From the human T2T-CHM13v2.0 reference genome, Homo sapiens, in assembly GCF_009914755.1 (NCBI RefSeq), contig NC_060926.1: a DNA stretch of 64,000 nt. One strand, given 5' to 3'. Below are positions 41,340-55,322 of this stretch, piece after piece. The first letter of the stretch is position 1; each line of letters starts with the position of its first letter. The notes below the pieces were generated by a model. It had not been told where the DNA came from. It saw only the letters and a program-made list of their open reading frames with translations, and made no database searches. Both the position numbers and the translations under genes were made by a program.

Positions 41340-43280
41340 TTAATGTAAATGACTCAAATTTAAAATGTTTGAAAACAGCAATAAATCAACAAAGGAGATT
41401 TTGTAATACTTTTACAAAATATTTGTGGAATTTACAAGTTCATTGGTAATTTAAAATTTTCCAGAATGTTTTATGAGATTTAGGAGCCATTCATATGATA
41501 AAATATAAAACTCAGAGACAAATTTAGACTTGATCTAAATGCTTGACAAAAGAAAACTAGAGCTCAAACTAATTTATTACTTAAAATATGAGCACAAATG
41601 GAACACAAGAGTGGTTCAATAAGAGAGAATTTGTTAACTCACAATGTAGTAATATAATTCAGCTCATCAGTAGATCAAACAAAATACTCTCTTGTCTGTC
41701 ACATGGATTTTTGAAATAATCGTGAATAAAACTAAGCATTCATTCTTATTTAAAATAAATAAATAATTTGTGTGTAAAAGAGCAGAAGGATATTCTCTTC
41801 ATGTGGAGTCAGAACTAGTGTTATGTATAGCTGAGAAATAAAATTTTTGTTTTGTTTCGTGATGGTATTGTTGTTGATGTTACAAGTTTGTATACCATTA
41901 TTATTGTTCAATATTGCTTCAAAAATTTTGGCTAGGAGTTAGGAAGTTTTGATGGAGACAGTAAAATAGGAAATAAATGTATAAGAAATTGATTTCATAT
42001 TAATTATATTGAATAAGGTGTTTTATATATATATATAAATACATATATATCATATGATTACCATCATACCTTGCAGGTATTGTGGATTCCGTTCCAGACG
42101 AATGCAATAAAGTGAATATTGAAATAATCAAGTCGCACAAAGTTTTTGGTTTTGTAGTACATATAAAAGATATGTTTATACTATATTATAGTCTATTAAG
42201 TGTGCAATAATCACATTATATTTGAAATATATATGCCTCAATTTAAAGATATTTTATTGCAAAAAAAATAAAGCTAACACAGAGACACAAAGTGAGCACC
42301 CACTGTTGGAAAAATAGTGCTGAGAGACCTACTTGCCACAGGGCTGACGCAAATCTTCCATTCATGAAAACCACAAAATCTGTGAAGTACAACAAAGCGA
42401 AGTACAATAAAACAAGGTATTGCCTGTATCTCCCTCACAAATTAAAAGGAAATAACTAAAGAGTATATGATTTAATATAAAAGTATATACAAGTATCTGG
42501 TTAAAGAAAATATACCAGCAGCAATAAGATGAGCACAGCATTTACATGATAAAATGTTTAATGAATTAAAACAATTCATATACAATGGAATTTTTGAAAT
42601 CATGAAATTCATAGAAATTAATTTAATGATGGGTATGAAAACTAGAGAAAGAAAATAATAACCTTAGTTGGAGGACTTTATTAGAAATATTCTGAAAATA
42701 GAAAACAACGGTGGGTTCTTGGAAAGAAAAATCAAATATTTAAAAAATATCCATTCTTCTCTAACTAAATGTTTTAATGTAAATAATAAATTATCAATAA
42801 AAATTCTAACAAACTAGTTAAATAAAATTATTCTGTAATTAAACTTTAAAATGAAATAGATAAAATATCAAAAAATTCTCTTTAAAAATTAAAGTAGTTG
42901 TAAGTAAAAGTGGGCAACAGGATTAATAATACTCTTCACCTATTACACTGCATTAAGAAACACTTTTTTACTAGTGTGAAGCTTGTAAAAAAATCTAAAA
43001 ATAGCCTTAAGTGTATCAGTAGTTATTCATATAAGAAGACATTCTGATTGGGAGACCACATCCTCCTGAAACATTAAGACAGAGACAGCTAAAAAGAGAC
43101 AGTGAACTAGAGAAAGATGGAGAAGTATCCAAATATAGATATAGTTGAAGTACATGCTGACAGTGATATTTCAAAGCAGTGGAAAAAACTGCATTTCTCA
43201 TTAAATGGTATTGGGATAAACCTGATAATATAAATTATCTTGATTCTTTTTCATAGTAGAAAAAATACTCATAACAGGCC
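41340..43280 (+). mobile_element. Highly degraded ancient L1M sequence
   Basis: A-rich with scattered ORF2-like motifs (e.g. taaatggtattgggataaa); interrupted by Tigger1. Confidence 0.4.
42061..42426. mobile_element. Tigger1 internal-deletion derivative with both termini
   Basis: TA|ccatcatacc...gttccagac...aataaagtgaatatt at the left end and cacaaagtgagcac...aataaaacaaggtattgcctg|TA at the right end. Confidence 0.75.
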
Positions 43281-43406
43281 GCCTTGCTTTTAAAATAATA
43301 TATCTATTAAAAAGGCAATTTGTGTTAATACTAATTAGAAATAAAAGTTGTAAAAGAAGAAAACCGCTAGTATCTCATAACCTTTCCAAAGTGAACCACT
43401 ATTAAA

Positions 43407-43486
43407 TTAGGTTGGTGCAAATGTAATTGCGGTTTTTGCCATTACTTTTAGTGACAAAAACCGCAGTTGCTTTTGCCTCAACCTAA
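43407..43486. mobile_element. MADE1 (Hsmar1-derived MITE), 80-bp palindrome
   Basis: TTAGGTTGGTGCAAATGTAATTGCGGTTTTTGCC ... ACAAAAACCGCAGTTGCTTTTGCCTCAACCTAA|TA. Confidence 0.92.
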
Positions 43487-44200
43487 TAATAACAATTCAG
43501 TGTATTTCCTCCCAGACTATGCTTTATGCTCAACTTCTTATTGTTGACATCATACTTTATACCCAATTGTAACTCTTGCATTTTAAAATCAACATTATAT
43601 TTACTTCCCATTATATTACAAATGTTTAATAAGCACCATTATTGACAAGTGAAATTTCATCATATTGATTCTTAATTACTTGCTTTACAAAACTATATAG
43701 AACATTTGGAATATTTCCTGTTTTTCATCATTATAGATGACAATTGTGGACAATCTTATGCATAAGGCTTTTTGCATACAATATAGGCTTTTAAACTAGG
43801 TTCTTCTGTAGCTGAATAGAGGTATGTTTTGTTTGTCTCTTGGCTTTAGTATGGCCATATCTTTTAAGATGCTTGGATAAGAGATAATTATAAAGACATT
43901 GATTTTCTTTTTCTTTTTCCCTCCTTCTGTAAATTATTGTTTTATTTAGTATTAAAAAGGTTCAGAAAGGAAGTGAAAATGGTTGTGTAAAATAGTCCCT
44001 TAAGAAGCAAGCAATTACAGTTATTTTTACATAGGCTAATCAGTATCCTTTTAAATGTGTAATCAAGTAGCATCTATAATTATTTGAGCCATTTGGCTCA
44101 AGCATACAATTGAATCTACCAAAAACGCACGTGTTTACTTTCCTTTCCTAATCTTTCTGAGCTTAAAACTAAGAGTTTGTTTCTATTTTCACCCCAAAAG

Positions 44201-44344
44201 CTTAGTTTTGGAGGAATTCCAGTACCAGGAAAACCTGGGACCTTTTTAAAGAAAAACTTCCATGGATGCATCGAAAACCTTTACTACAATGGAGTAAACA
44301 TAATTGACCTGGCTAAGAGACGAAAGCATCAGATCTATACTGTG
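44201..44344 (+). CDS. CNTNAP5: CNTNAP5 internal coding exon (144 nt, phase 0-0; probably exon 7), end of LamG1
   Basis: ttctattttcaccccaaaAG acceptor; GTG|gtaagt donor at 44345. [48 protein letters not shown], including the LamG 'FxGCI' motif, in frame with the preceding exon. Confidence 0.95.
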
Positions 44345-44949
44345 GTAAGTCAGCCCATCTGTTTTGTCTTGATGGTTTCTACCACTTTGGGGTAAGTCTT
44401 GCTTTCACCAGCCCATTCCTGAACCCATTCGTAATGTGTTTATCTTATGCTCTGAGTTCCCATCAGCGTCTGACGTGACACTGGAGAGAAAGATAATGGC
44501 AGATATTGAATCTGTGTTAATTGCACTAGTGGAAGAAACAAAGACATTAGGGCCATCCAGAGAATTCATTTTTTTTTTTTGACTGTGGGTCATATTTCAA
44601 CTGTGGGTAGTATTTGCAGTCTATATTGGGACAACATGAATTTTTTATTATCTCTGGAATATGAAACAAGAAAACCACATATTCCATTAAATTCTATGGC
44701 TTGGGAGTTACATATATGTCTACTTATTGTTAATATTAAAAATAGTTCCTTTTAAATGAGGGAGATTAAACTTTTAGTGTGTTTGAGATTCTCATTTATC
44801 ATATTGACAAATTAAATGATTTTCTAATTAAGTAACATTTGTCTTCCCTAATAATGAGTTTCATGAGGGTCAGGACTGTGTTTTCTTTTTACTACTGCAT
44901 TCACAATGCCTAACAGAGTGCCTTAAACGTTGTAGGTGCTCAATAAACG

Positions 44950-46620
44950 TGTTGATGTTTCCAACAATAATTTTGGATTTGTCTGTTTCTCTCTCCAGTT
45001 CTATCCATTTTTGGTTTATATATTTTGTAGCTCTGTTGTTTGGTACATACACATTTAGTATGCTATGTATTCTGGTGGATTCACTCTTTTATCATTATAT
45101 AATATTATTATTTGTCTCTGATAACTCTCTTTGCTCTGAAGTGTGTCTGATGTTAATATAGCCACTCTTGCTTTTCCTCTATAAAGGTCTTTGTCATGTA
45201 ACTTTTCCCATCCTTTTGCTCTTAACCTGCCTATGTAATCATTTTTGAAGTAAGTTTCTTGTAAACAACAAATAGTTGGGTCATGTTTTTTAATTCATGC
45301 TTTCAATTTCTGTCTTTTAATTGGTCTATTTAGCAAATTTACATTTAATGTAATGAATGTTCTGGGCTTAAGTGCCTGTTTATTTTGTTTCCTGGGTTTT
45401 TAAAAATTCTCTATTTTCTCTAACGTCCTGTGTTTCCTGGATAGTTTTTAAAATTCTATTTTTCTTATCTAGTGTTAGAGTATATCTGTGTATAGCTTTT
45501 GTTAGTGGTTTCTGTAGACATTATATTATATATGCATAACTTATTGTGGTTTACTGGTTTAATCATTTTACCAATTTAGCTGATATGTAGAAACCTAATT
45601 TCCATTGACATCCCTTTATCTTCCCTTATTTATTTTACAATTGTCTTAATTAGGCAATTATATTTTTAGAACCATTTCTATATATTTAGAACCATTTCAA
45701 GTGGTATTATTTTGCTACAATGTCAAACATCATTTAAAGAATTCAAAAGGAGAAGGATAGTTTGTTGCATTTACTCATATTTTTGCCCAATATTGACAAA
45801 ATGTAAAGAAAAACTCTTGAAACCACAAGGGATATGTTTGGCTTGGATTAGTATTAAAGACTCATGACTGCTGCCCATGTGATCTGCAGTGACATCACAG
45901 TGTTTGTGGGTGGGTGGGAGAGGGATGCCCTTCATATCACTGGAATGTGATGAAAGTCCTGACTCACCACTAAACCATCTCTGAGACTGCTCCTGCAGGG
46001 GATGAAGGGGGTTCCTCATGATAGCTCAGTAGCGGCAGAAGTCTAGGCTTTCCTTGTGATCGCAGTTGATACCATAGGGAGAGACTTGGTTCTATCTGAC
46101 AATGATTAAATTCACAGATCTTCAGAATTGGCCTTGTAAGCCAGAGAGTCCCAGATTGATCTTCCCATATACCACCCTGGCCAGAAACTTGGGCACCTCA
46201 CTACAGCATGGCTCAGTGGAAATGGGGCCATAGTCTTTTCTATGGCATTTGGCTTAGGGAGAGAAGTCGTTGTCTAACAGCATCTCTCTTTCTATGCTAT
46301 CCTTTCCTCATCCTTTGGCTATAGACAGCAGTCTTTTAATGGCAATTTTAAACAAAATTTTATCTGCACCAGTTGGTCTCTCTGGGTTGTCTTTCAGCAG
46401 CATACTTAAAACAGATCAGGTTAAGAGAAAATCCAGAGAATTCTCCACTGTGTTTTTCTTTTGGTCCCGAGATTTTTATATATCCTTTATTTCTTTTCCC
46501 CACCATTCAGAGATATTTTAGGTAAGTTTTATACATAATTCCTATAGTCTTTTAGTTGTACTTAGCAGAATAAATAGGGAAAACTATGTTACTTCATATT
46601 CCTGGAATTGGAAATCTCTT
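44950..46620 (-). mobile_element. Ancient L1M fragment(s), antisense
   Basis: Minus-strand endonuclease-like translation (YVPNNRATKYINQKWIEL..IIVGNINT) followed by degenerate L1M text. Confidence 0.6.
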
Positions 46621-49269
46621 CAACTGACATTTTTTCTTTAATCCATGGCAAGAGTAGGTCACCCTGTCATTGACAGCAAAAATATGATTCTCTTTGCAAT
46701 CTTATTGTAGAATTATTTGAACAAACTATGGCTTAAATGACTTTGTGTTTGTTTTATTCTTTGATAAATATAATCTATAAGAATTTTTTTGTGTTTTGAG
46801 GTATCATATTAACACATTTTCTTGAAAATTGCCATTGGATTCAAGGGTGTCAGGCAGAGGATGCTCATGGGGAATCACACTTGGATTAAAGATTGTCAGC
46901 ATTTTAAAAGGTTTGTGTCAAGTCCCTGACTCCTTCGGTTTGGAAAAGTTAGGATGATGCTAGGGAGGGATTAATTACCTCACTGGCTCTAGAAAAGCCA
47001 TGACATTACTTGTCCATCTCTGGCTAATGCCCAAGGCTCCTGACAATTCTGCAACTTATCCACATGAGCTTAGGTCAACCATCTCCTAATTAACATAAAC
47101 ACTGGCTTGCTCATGACATTTTTTTTTTTTTTTTTTGATTCTAGGTTTGGAGTCTTGGGCTATGGAAAGCACACTCATTCCTATCCCTTTCCCAATAATG
47201 TTTCAAGAAATATTTCATAATATATCAGTTTCCTTGAGTCCAATCTGCTGACACAGATTGTGATTGGAGCAGGGGCACTACATTGAAATCATGCACTACC
47301 AGAAGTTTAGATTAGCCTAATGTCAGAAATATTAAAGGGCATCACTACCTACCATTTTGCTAAGATGTGGCAGAGCAAAGTGAAACAACAGTAAGCTTAT
47401 AAAAACATTGCACACTCATTGTTCATAAACTGGGGCTTAAAAGTATAAAAGCCTGAGCTTTAGATATAAATAACTAAGATCCCTATAGTAATATTAAAAA
47501 AGAATATCTTTATACATATTATGTGTTAAAAAATATCTTTAACGATAAGATAGATTGGAGTTACTGAATAAGCAGAGCAAAAAAAAGGAAGATAAAAAGG
47601 AACAAGAGAAAAAAAAAACTTCAGTTTCTGAATATCAGTAGCTTTCACCGTTTCGTTTTCTGAGAGAATCATTATCTAAAACTTTGCTAAGTGTTGTGGT
47701 GACTTTTAAACTACTATAGCACTTATCAAGTTGCCTACAACTTTGCTAGCATATGTTACTCCTTGGGGTTTAATTGGCAGTATTGTTAATATGAGGCATA
47801 AAGAATCCATTTAGCACTAACGTATTTGGAAAAAAATCCCAAGAAAATTGTTTTATTGTGCAGGTAGGCAACCTTAGTTTTAACCTTCACAATTTAGAAG
47901 AAAAAATGTACATTATTTTTCTTCCAAATTGCTTCCAACACCCTGCTTAAGTGAGAATTCGTATCACTATACACTTGCACATGTACACACACACCCACAC
48001 ACATATTTATATACCTAGTCTATCTCCTTTAGGAATTTCTTACGAGAAGCAATGGTTTGCACTGTTAAATACCGAAGTACAAACTCTTTCCTTTCTGTAG
48101 TCAAGCTTAAAGTTTCCCCCAAAGACACCATATCTGCTACAAAATCAGCTTTGCTCCATCACTAAGTCACTGTGGTACTAAGTAAGGGCTTTTGGAAGGA
48201 ATGATATTTTTGTCCTTTTCTAGTGTTCGCAGACTCTCTTACAGTTATTAGGCCTTGGGAAGTTCAGATTCAAGGGATCAACAAATCAGGCAGCAAGAGT
48301 ACGGTACTACTCATAAATTATAAAATGTGTTTCAAGGCCCACGGAAGCTCCAGCCTTTGCCTAACCTAACGTATGCCTCTTTAGCAGGCTGCATTCAGCA
48401 GGCATCCTCATTGCAATCTGTCATCTCTTTCTTGTGGGACCTTCCCACTCCCTGGAGACTTAACAGCTGTTCCATAGGGATAATTCAATTTAGTCTTTAT
48501 AGCTCGATTTGACTACAAGACAATTCTCCACATCCCGAAATGCAGTAAAACTAACAGCTTAAAGTAGACATAAAAAATACCTCACTATTCTTCCTCAAAT
48601 CCTTTATTATATGCTAATACAGCACTATATAATAAACAATCAGAAAGCAAATGGCCCATTGAAGTGTGTGTACAGTACCTGTAATATGGATTATTATATA
48701 TGTAGTATAAGAAATATATTGCTCTGATAGTTTCCTGAAAATGATTAATTTCATACCTTGCACTCCGTCAGAAATGATGCTTTTTTTGAGCTGTCCTTTC
48801 TGAGTCTTCTATCTCTTCTCCCAGAGGCAAGGAGCATAACATGATTCCCTGGGAGCTGGCTGAAGTTTCACTCCCATTATTGTAGGTCTCAAAATATTTT
48901 CCTTTTTATTTAAAAGATCATAGTGGAAATGCATGTGTTACTTTACTTTGTCTTCAATAGAAGGGAAGAAAATGCAAATAACTAATAGGAAGACTCTACT
49001 TACAGAGTTGGCTTTGGAGCTAATTGACTATGTCAATTCATTTCTGTACCTTTGTTTCCAAATGGGAATTGGAATCAGGGAATTGGATGGGCGATGGCCA
49101 ATACTAAGCCAATATAATAATACTCCCAACCCCATGGTTGAAATTGCTAAATAATCACAAAATGCCTTTTCTTTTGTCCTAGAGGGAAACCCAAAGGTCT
49201 CACTTCAGTGTTCCTGGAAGCATCCTCAATAAAATCATAATTGAAACATTGACTTCCTAGGTTGTTCAT

Positions 49270-49450
49270 CCCCACTCCATGGCTTATTCAGCTATGGGAT
49301 CTTGAGAAAGTTACGAAACTTCAGTACCCTCATACATAAAATGAGGGCAAATATAGTATCTACTTCAAAGTGTTAGTGTGAAGATTAAATCTGCAATACC
49401 CTTAGGGCAGTGCATGGTACACACTAAGCACCCAGTAGATTGGAGCTATT
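49270..49450 (+). mobile_element. MIR SINE relic
   Basis: ctcatacataaaatgagggcaaatatagtatctacttcaaagtgttagtgtgaagattaaat...cagtgcatggtacacactaagcac. Confidence 0.6.
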
Positions 49451-50445
49451 AATAAAAACATCTATAAATCCATTCAACTGAAGTTGACATATAAGCCAAT
49501 ATTTATTTGCCATTTTAGATAGCTAATTAATGCAGTCACATACAGTTCCAAATAATAAAAGTTGATTGGAGATAGCTCCTGTTCTTTCCTGAATCTGAGT
49601 TTCTGTTTACTCCCAAACTATGAGTCATGAAGTGGGTTTGCAGTAAATATATTACAAACTTAATCATCTCATTTATTTGAGAAAATTTGATGAAAATCAT
49701 TACTTCAGATTTGATCAAATGGTAGACTCCTTTAAAATAAGGAACTTAAAAAAGTGTTGCCTGATAGGCTTGGGTATAACAGATGTATTGAAGAGTAACA
49801 ACAGTGAGTTTTCTTGAAGTATGTTGCCCTTCGTTTGCATCTCTGCTGTCATGCAACTTATTGGAGCATGGTTGATTATTTCTTATGGCTCTAAAGCCAA
49901 GCAAACACTCACTGTCAGAGTTATGTGTAAGAGATAAGGGTGGACATGAGAGCACACACACATTTACATCTGCAGGTGCACACATATAACATACACACAC
50001 ACGTAGTGACAGGCACCTTTATCTTACCTCCCTGTGACCCAAAACCTCATGAAAATTGCTCAGAGAAAACTCCCTACTGTCTAGTAAAGCCTATAATCTC
50101 TTTAGCTTGTTTCCGGGATCATGTTTCATCTCTGTGAGTATGCTCTGTGATAAATGATACTTTCTCTTGATCGAAGGAATCATTTGAAAAAGCAACTAAC
50201 ATATTGTGTCTTTTCTCTTCTCATTCCTGCTCTCTTCTACTTCCATTTGACCAGTCGGACATCCACATCACCTGCATCTATGCTGTATGCTCCTCATACC
50301 CAGCAAAAATCATTTCCAAGTTATTCACTCCCTGAACAGTTGCTTCCTTCCTTTCTTCAGGAAAATTGGAATTAAATAGTTTCAAGGTCATATGAAGAAT
50401 AATGTGCCTTAAAGAAAAAAGGAAAAACTAACAGTGTAATGGTTA

Positions 50446-50811
50446 ATATCTTAGTCCATCAAGGCAGCTATAACAAAATGTCATAAAGTGGGTAGCTTAT
50501 GAATAAGGGAAATTTATTTCTCACAGCTCTGGAGGCTGGAAAGTCTGAGATCAGAGTGCCAGGACGATCGGGTTCGGGTAAGGGCTCCCTTCCAGGTTTT
50601 AGACCTCACAGTTCTCCCTGTGTCTTCCTCCTTCCTCACGTGGTAGAAAAACAAACAAGTCCCTTGGGGCTATTTTGCAGCCATTAATCCCAAGACCTCA
50701 TGACCTAATCACCTCCTGAAAGGCCTTACCTCCTAATACCAACATACTGGGGATGAAATTTCAATATATGAATTTCAGGAAGGGGAGGATAAAAACATTC
50801 AAACTATAGCA
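50446..50811 (-). mobile_element. MLT1A-type (MaLR) solo LTR
   Basis: tcttagtccat...gctataacaaaatg...tttctcacagctctggaggctggaaagtctgagatca...catgacctaatcacctcc...acattcaaactatagca. Confidence 0.8.
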
Positions 50812-53800
50812 GTCAGCCTGTCTGAAAATTGTTTTACCTGAAATTAGTGTTATGACTTTTCCTTTCTATCAGATAAGCAAATGTAACCAGTTTCTTTTGC
50901 TCATCTGATAAAATTATTATGTAAAGTATTAAAGAAAATTTCTTTAGAATGTTTTAAAAATATTTCTATATAAAATGAAAATTTGCAAAATACAGAATAG
51001 GGTATGCAACCAGCCAGAGAGGAAAACACTGTTCTCATCTATTATAGGTATTTCATTTTCACACTTTAAATGTATATTTATATATCATAGACCACAGTTT
51101 ATTGACAATTTTATATTTTACCTTTTTAAAGTATTTTCAATGTTTTTAAAACTTTTATTAAAAGTTGTTTCTTCTCTATTTACAAATACTATTTCAGCAC
51201 TAAATCAATTTACCATAGTTCATTTAAGAATCTACTGTGTTAAAATTTGAGTTGTTTGAATTTTTTTCTGCCAAAAATAATATTGAGATTACAACCATGG
51301 TGCAAGAATAATTTTCTTAAATTTAAAACAGATAACTAGAAATGAATATAATTGGGTCAAAGATTGTGAACTTTTGACTCAACCCACATTGCATAAAGCC
51401 ACACCACATTCCACGCCCACTGGCCGTGTATACAGGAGACGGCTTATCCTGCTAGTTTCACCTGATACTTTTCAAGTCATTTCAATCTTCAAGTGCTTTT
51501 TAAAAAAACGGGCTATGTAAAAGTTGAAACGACCTCAGATGTGCTTCCTGATGCAAAACATCCAACTAATGAGCTGAGCATATTCTTTTTATGCTCTCGC
51601 ACCTGCAGTAATAAACGCAATGACCACTCCCCCATTCGAAGATCCTGTATTTCAGAGAGCTTATAGACAAGGCCACAGATCACGGTGCTAGCACTGGAGG
51701 GGCGGTCAGTGGAGGGTTGACTGATGACCTGTGGTTCTATTAGAGATCCTCTGTCTCCTGTGTGTAGCAGGCAGGAGGCAGACATTATTATCCACGTTTT
51801 ATACCAAAAAATATACTCAGGATTAGGGAAAGTCAATGATATATATTAGTGGCTGTGCCTTTCACAGTCTTCTTCCTCCTCTTATGGAAAGCAATCCACC
51901 ATCAGGTTTTATTCATTTTTATTAGGCATTTATTTTTTTTAGGGTCCTGAATGACTTTCATGTCAAAGTGAAGAAAAAAATAATACAAGGCTGGGCAGAT
52001 CCGTGAACAGCACTGATCTCTGAGTATTGAAGACCAATGAGGTGTTTCAGAAATGGCCCCTGTGTGCTTTGTTATTTGCCGAAGAAATCTCTCCTGGGTG
52101 TCTCTTGCAATGTAAGAGCTTGAAGGCGGAATCCTTGTCTTTGGTGTGAAAAAGGAAGGAGGGCAGCGAAGGGCAGAGTGTGGAATCCCACTGCTCCCTG
52201 GCTCCCAGCGGCTCCTGTCTCTGCATCTGGCTGGCAGGCTCTCCCTCTGGGTTGAAGGAGAAGGAGGCGAATGCTGCAAAGGGTCAAAGCGCTTCCCCAG
52301 AAACTCAGCCCTTTGTTTCCAGTGACTCTTGTACTCCTTCAAGGTGAATAGAAACTTTTATGTGAGTGTTTCAAAACTGTTATAATCAGTTTGTCCTACA
52401 TATAAAAGTTTGCTTCCCAGTTTGTCACTGGTGTGGCCTCTTTTCTAACCAGACCCGGATTACTCGCTGTTTCTGGAATTCACTCCTTGCACATCCTTCT
52501 CTCAGCCTTTGCATGTTGTGTTTCTCCCATGCCAGCTGAGCTGTCTTTTTTCTCCTTTACCTCTTCCCTGACCCAGCCCCAAACTAACCATTCTTCTTCA
52601 AACTCACTGGTAGGGTTCACATTCTGAACCAGAGTAATGCTCAAAATATTCACCAGGTTCTCAGAGGTAAAGCAGGGTCCTGGAGCCCCCAGGCTATGCT
52701 AACCCAGAAACCTGGAGTTGCTACATTGTAGGGAGGCCTAGAGAGCACTGGAAGACAGGCAGGCAAGCCCAGGTTTCAGGGAGCCACTAGGAGCTTGGGA
52801 CCAGTGGCTACATATCAAGTAATATGGAAGGCTGAAATTGTTAAAAATGGAATCACCATTAGCGCAGGCCGGTATGAACCTGCTGCATACCCTCCATGCC
52901 TTATCAACTCCAGGCATTGTGGAGCACAGTGCTGAGAAAAACTGTAGGGCTGTATTCAGAGTGGGTAGAGAAGGCTACTGTAATCTGTAAGCAGTGTCTA
53001 CCACAGGGTAGGGCAGTGGGGAGTGTTGAATGTGCTGTCTGCCCACCCTGTCCAGGTGCACTCCTTGTCCCACCTTCTCCTCAGAGCCCCTTTCAGACTC
53101 TCAGTTTCATAATACCTTTCTTGCTGTGAATTTCATATGTATACAACATGGCATAACTTAGCATTTGAGTCATTATTGTCATTAAAATGTAGTTATTGAA
53201 CATCTACTGTGTTTACAGCAAATGATCCTTCTTTTCAAAGAGAAGCATCCTCTCTGCTCTCAGAAATTACACACCTGGCATGGTCTTATCTTTGTAGAAC
53301 TCAGAGTTCACAGCAGATGCCCTGGCCTTGGCCATCTCCTCCGAACTTTCTGCTCTCCTGGCCACCGTTTGACAGCCACCCTTCCCCTTTTTATCTCATT
53401 TGCCCTTATGGTTTGACCCTTACTTTTTGTTTGTTTCTCCATCTTGATCACTCATCACAATTCTGGTTTCCCATTTGGCTTTTCCACTTCCTTTCTTTCA
53501 CCACAACTCCAGCCTGTGGATCCCGACACTACTTCCAACTACCACAGCCACAGCCACTGCACCAGGTGGCAAGACTCAAACACAGCTTATAAGAGCTAGA
53601 AAGGAGAAATCACAGGGATAGTAAGTTCAGGAAAGACTTTATGTAAGTGCAGGAACTTGGCTTGGATATGGTAGATGCAAAAGCTCAAGGTGGGACTGTG
53701 GGAAACAACAAACTTTATTCTAGTCTATTTCTTTGCAAGAGTTATTCCTGTTTCCCTAAGTATATAAAAGAAACACCCTTTTATGTCACTCATGGTGTTA

Positions 53801-54791
53801 AATATGTGATATACGGTCAGGAAATGTATATGGCTGAAGGCACTAGGTGTTGAGGAAGAGAATAATCTTTGAAGGAAGTAAGATTAAATCCCAGCCTTAC
53901 CACGTAATGGATACAAAATTTAGATAAAGTTTTTTAAGCTGTCTCTGCTTCAGTGTCCTTCATCTACATGGTAGAGATAATAATGCCTACTTTACATATA
54001 TAAAGTGACTCCTAGGATATTATAGGCATTGAATCACTAAGAGCTGATAATATTATCATAATTATTTTTATAGCCTCACTCTGCTCACCATTTCTTCTCA
54101 CATGTTCCCCATGAAGACCATAGTCCTGTGAGTAATCTCTAGCCTGCTCGACAAATGGCCTTTTAGAAGTACAACACTAAAGGTTATAGATCAGTGATTA
54201 TTAGTATTTTATAGGGCACACACACCCCTTTAAGAATGTAATGAAAACTATGAACACATTTTACTTCACATAACATTTTTGAGGCTTCATTGATGCCTGT
54301 GAAGCTCATCCACGGACAGCAGCCCAAGAACTCCAGGTTAAATTTTAGACAAGGAAACATTTATATGTAAAATAAAACTGTGTTTTTATAAATTCCTAAT
54401 AACCTTCTATAAGTGTTCCTTGTTGAATCACCAGGACGCCTAGTAAGTAGGGACCGGACACTGGATTTGTTCCATATAAGCCAGTTGGGTGGGCTTCTTA
54501 GAAACGCTTCACCTTTTGTCACAAGATTCAGAAGACATCTCTATGTGTCAAGTTCTGAGTTATTAGAAAATGCAAAAAAAAATTATATAAAAGTGGCTTT
54601 CTAGTAGAAGGTGGGTAACTAATAAAACAGGTAAATAGGACTCCAAGTTGTCCAGAAATAGCATGTGCAAAAAATCAGGTACTTTCTCTAGCTTGAGATA
54701 GGGTGGACTGTGAAGGAATAAGGACTAGAAATGTTCTCTCTGCCCACCTCCCAGGCTGAGATTCAGACCTCTTCAAGTAGGTGCAGTTACC

Positions 54792-55099
54792 GGCCGGGCA
54801 CGGTGGCTCACGCCTGTAATCCCAGCACTTTGGGAGGCCCAGGCGGGTGGATCACGAGGTCAGGAAATTGAGACCATCCTGGCTAACACGGTGAAACCCC
54901 GTATCTACTAAAAATACAAAAAATTAACCAGGTGTGGTGGCGGGCACCTGTAGTCCCAGTTACTCAGGAGGCTGAGGCAGGAGAATAGCATGAACCCGGG
55001 AGGCGGAGCTTGCAGTGAGCCGAGATCACGCCACTGCACTCCAGCCTGGGCGACACAGAAAGACTCTGTCTCAAAAAAAAAAAAAAAAAAAAAAAAAAA
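54792..55099 (+). mobile_element. AluY
   Basis: Diagnostics accatcctggctaacacggtg and ggagcttgcagtgagccgagat; long pure A tail; TSD AAGTAGGTGCAGTTACC (54775-54791) / AAGAAGGTGCATTTACC (55101-55117). Confidence 0.95.
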
Positions 55100-55303
55100 G
55101 AAGAAGGTGCATTTACCGGGGAACACATAGCATACAGATAGCAAAGAAGCTTGCCGGAAAACTTAGGTCCCAGCTTCCTGCAGAAGCTGACGGCTGTGGG
55201 GAGACTGAAGCTGGGGTCAACCATGCAGATTCCCTGGGACTCCCACTGAAGAACAGTAATGGAGGACAGGAACCTGGAAGCATCTTCCAGCCTCTGTCAC
55301 CCT

Positions 55304-55322
55304 GCAGCGGCCCTCTAGTGCC
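55304..55322 (-). promoter_or_regulatory. Candidate CTCF motif in the LTR41-like element
   Basis: Minus strand reads GGCACTAGAGGGCCGCTGC, close to the CTCF core CCACYAGRKGGCR. Confidence 0.4.

Noticed and set aside
51902-52342. 146-aa minus-strand ORF in non-repeat DNA
   Set aside because: No recognisable domain, non-ATG start and no splice support; compatible with chance in GC-richer sequence.
54304-54323. Second REST-like word (CCACGGACAGC)
   Set aside because: Right half-site only, with no TCAGCA left half, and it lies in what looks like a DNA-transposon relic.
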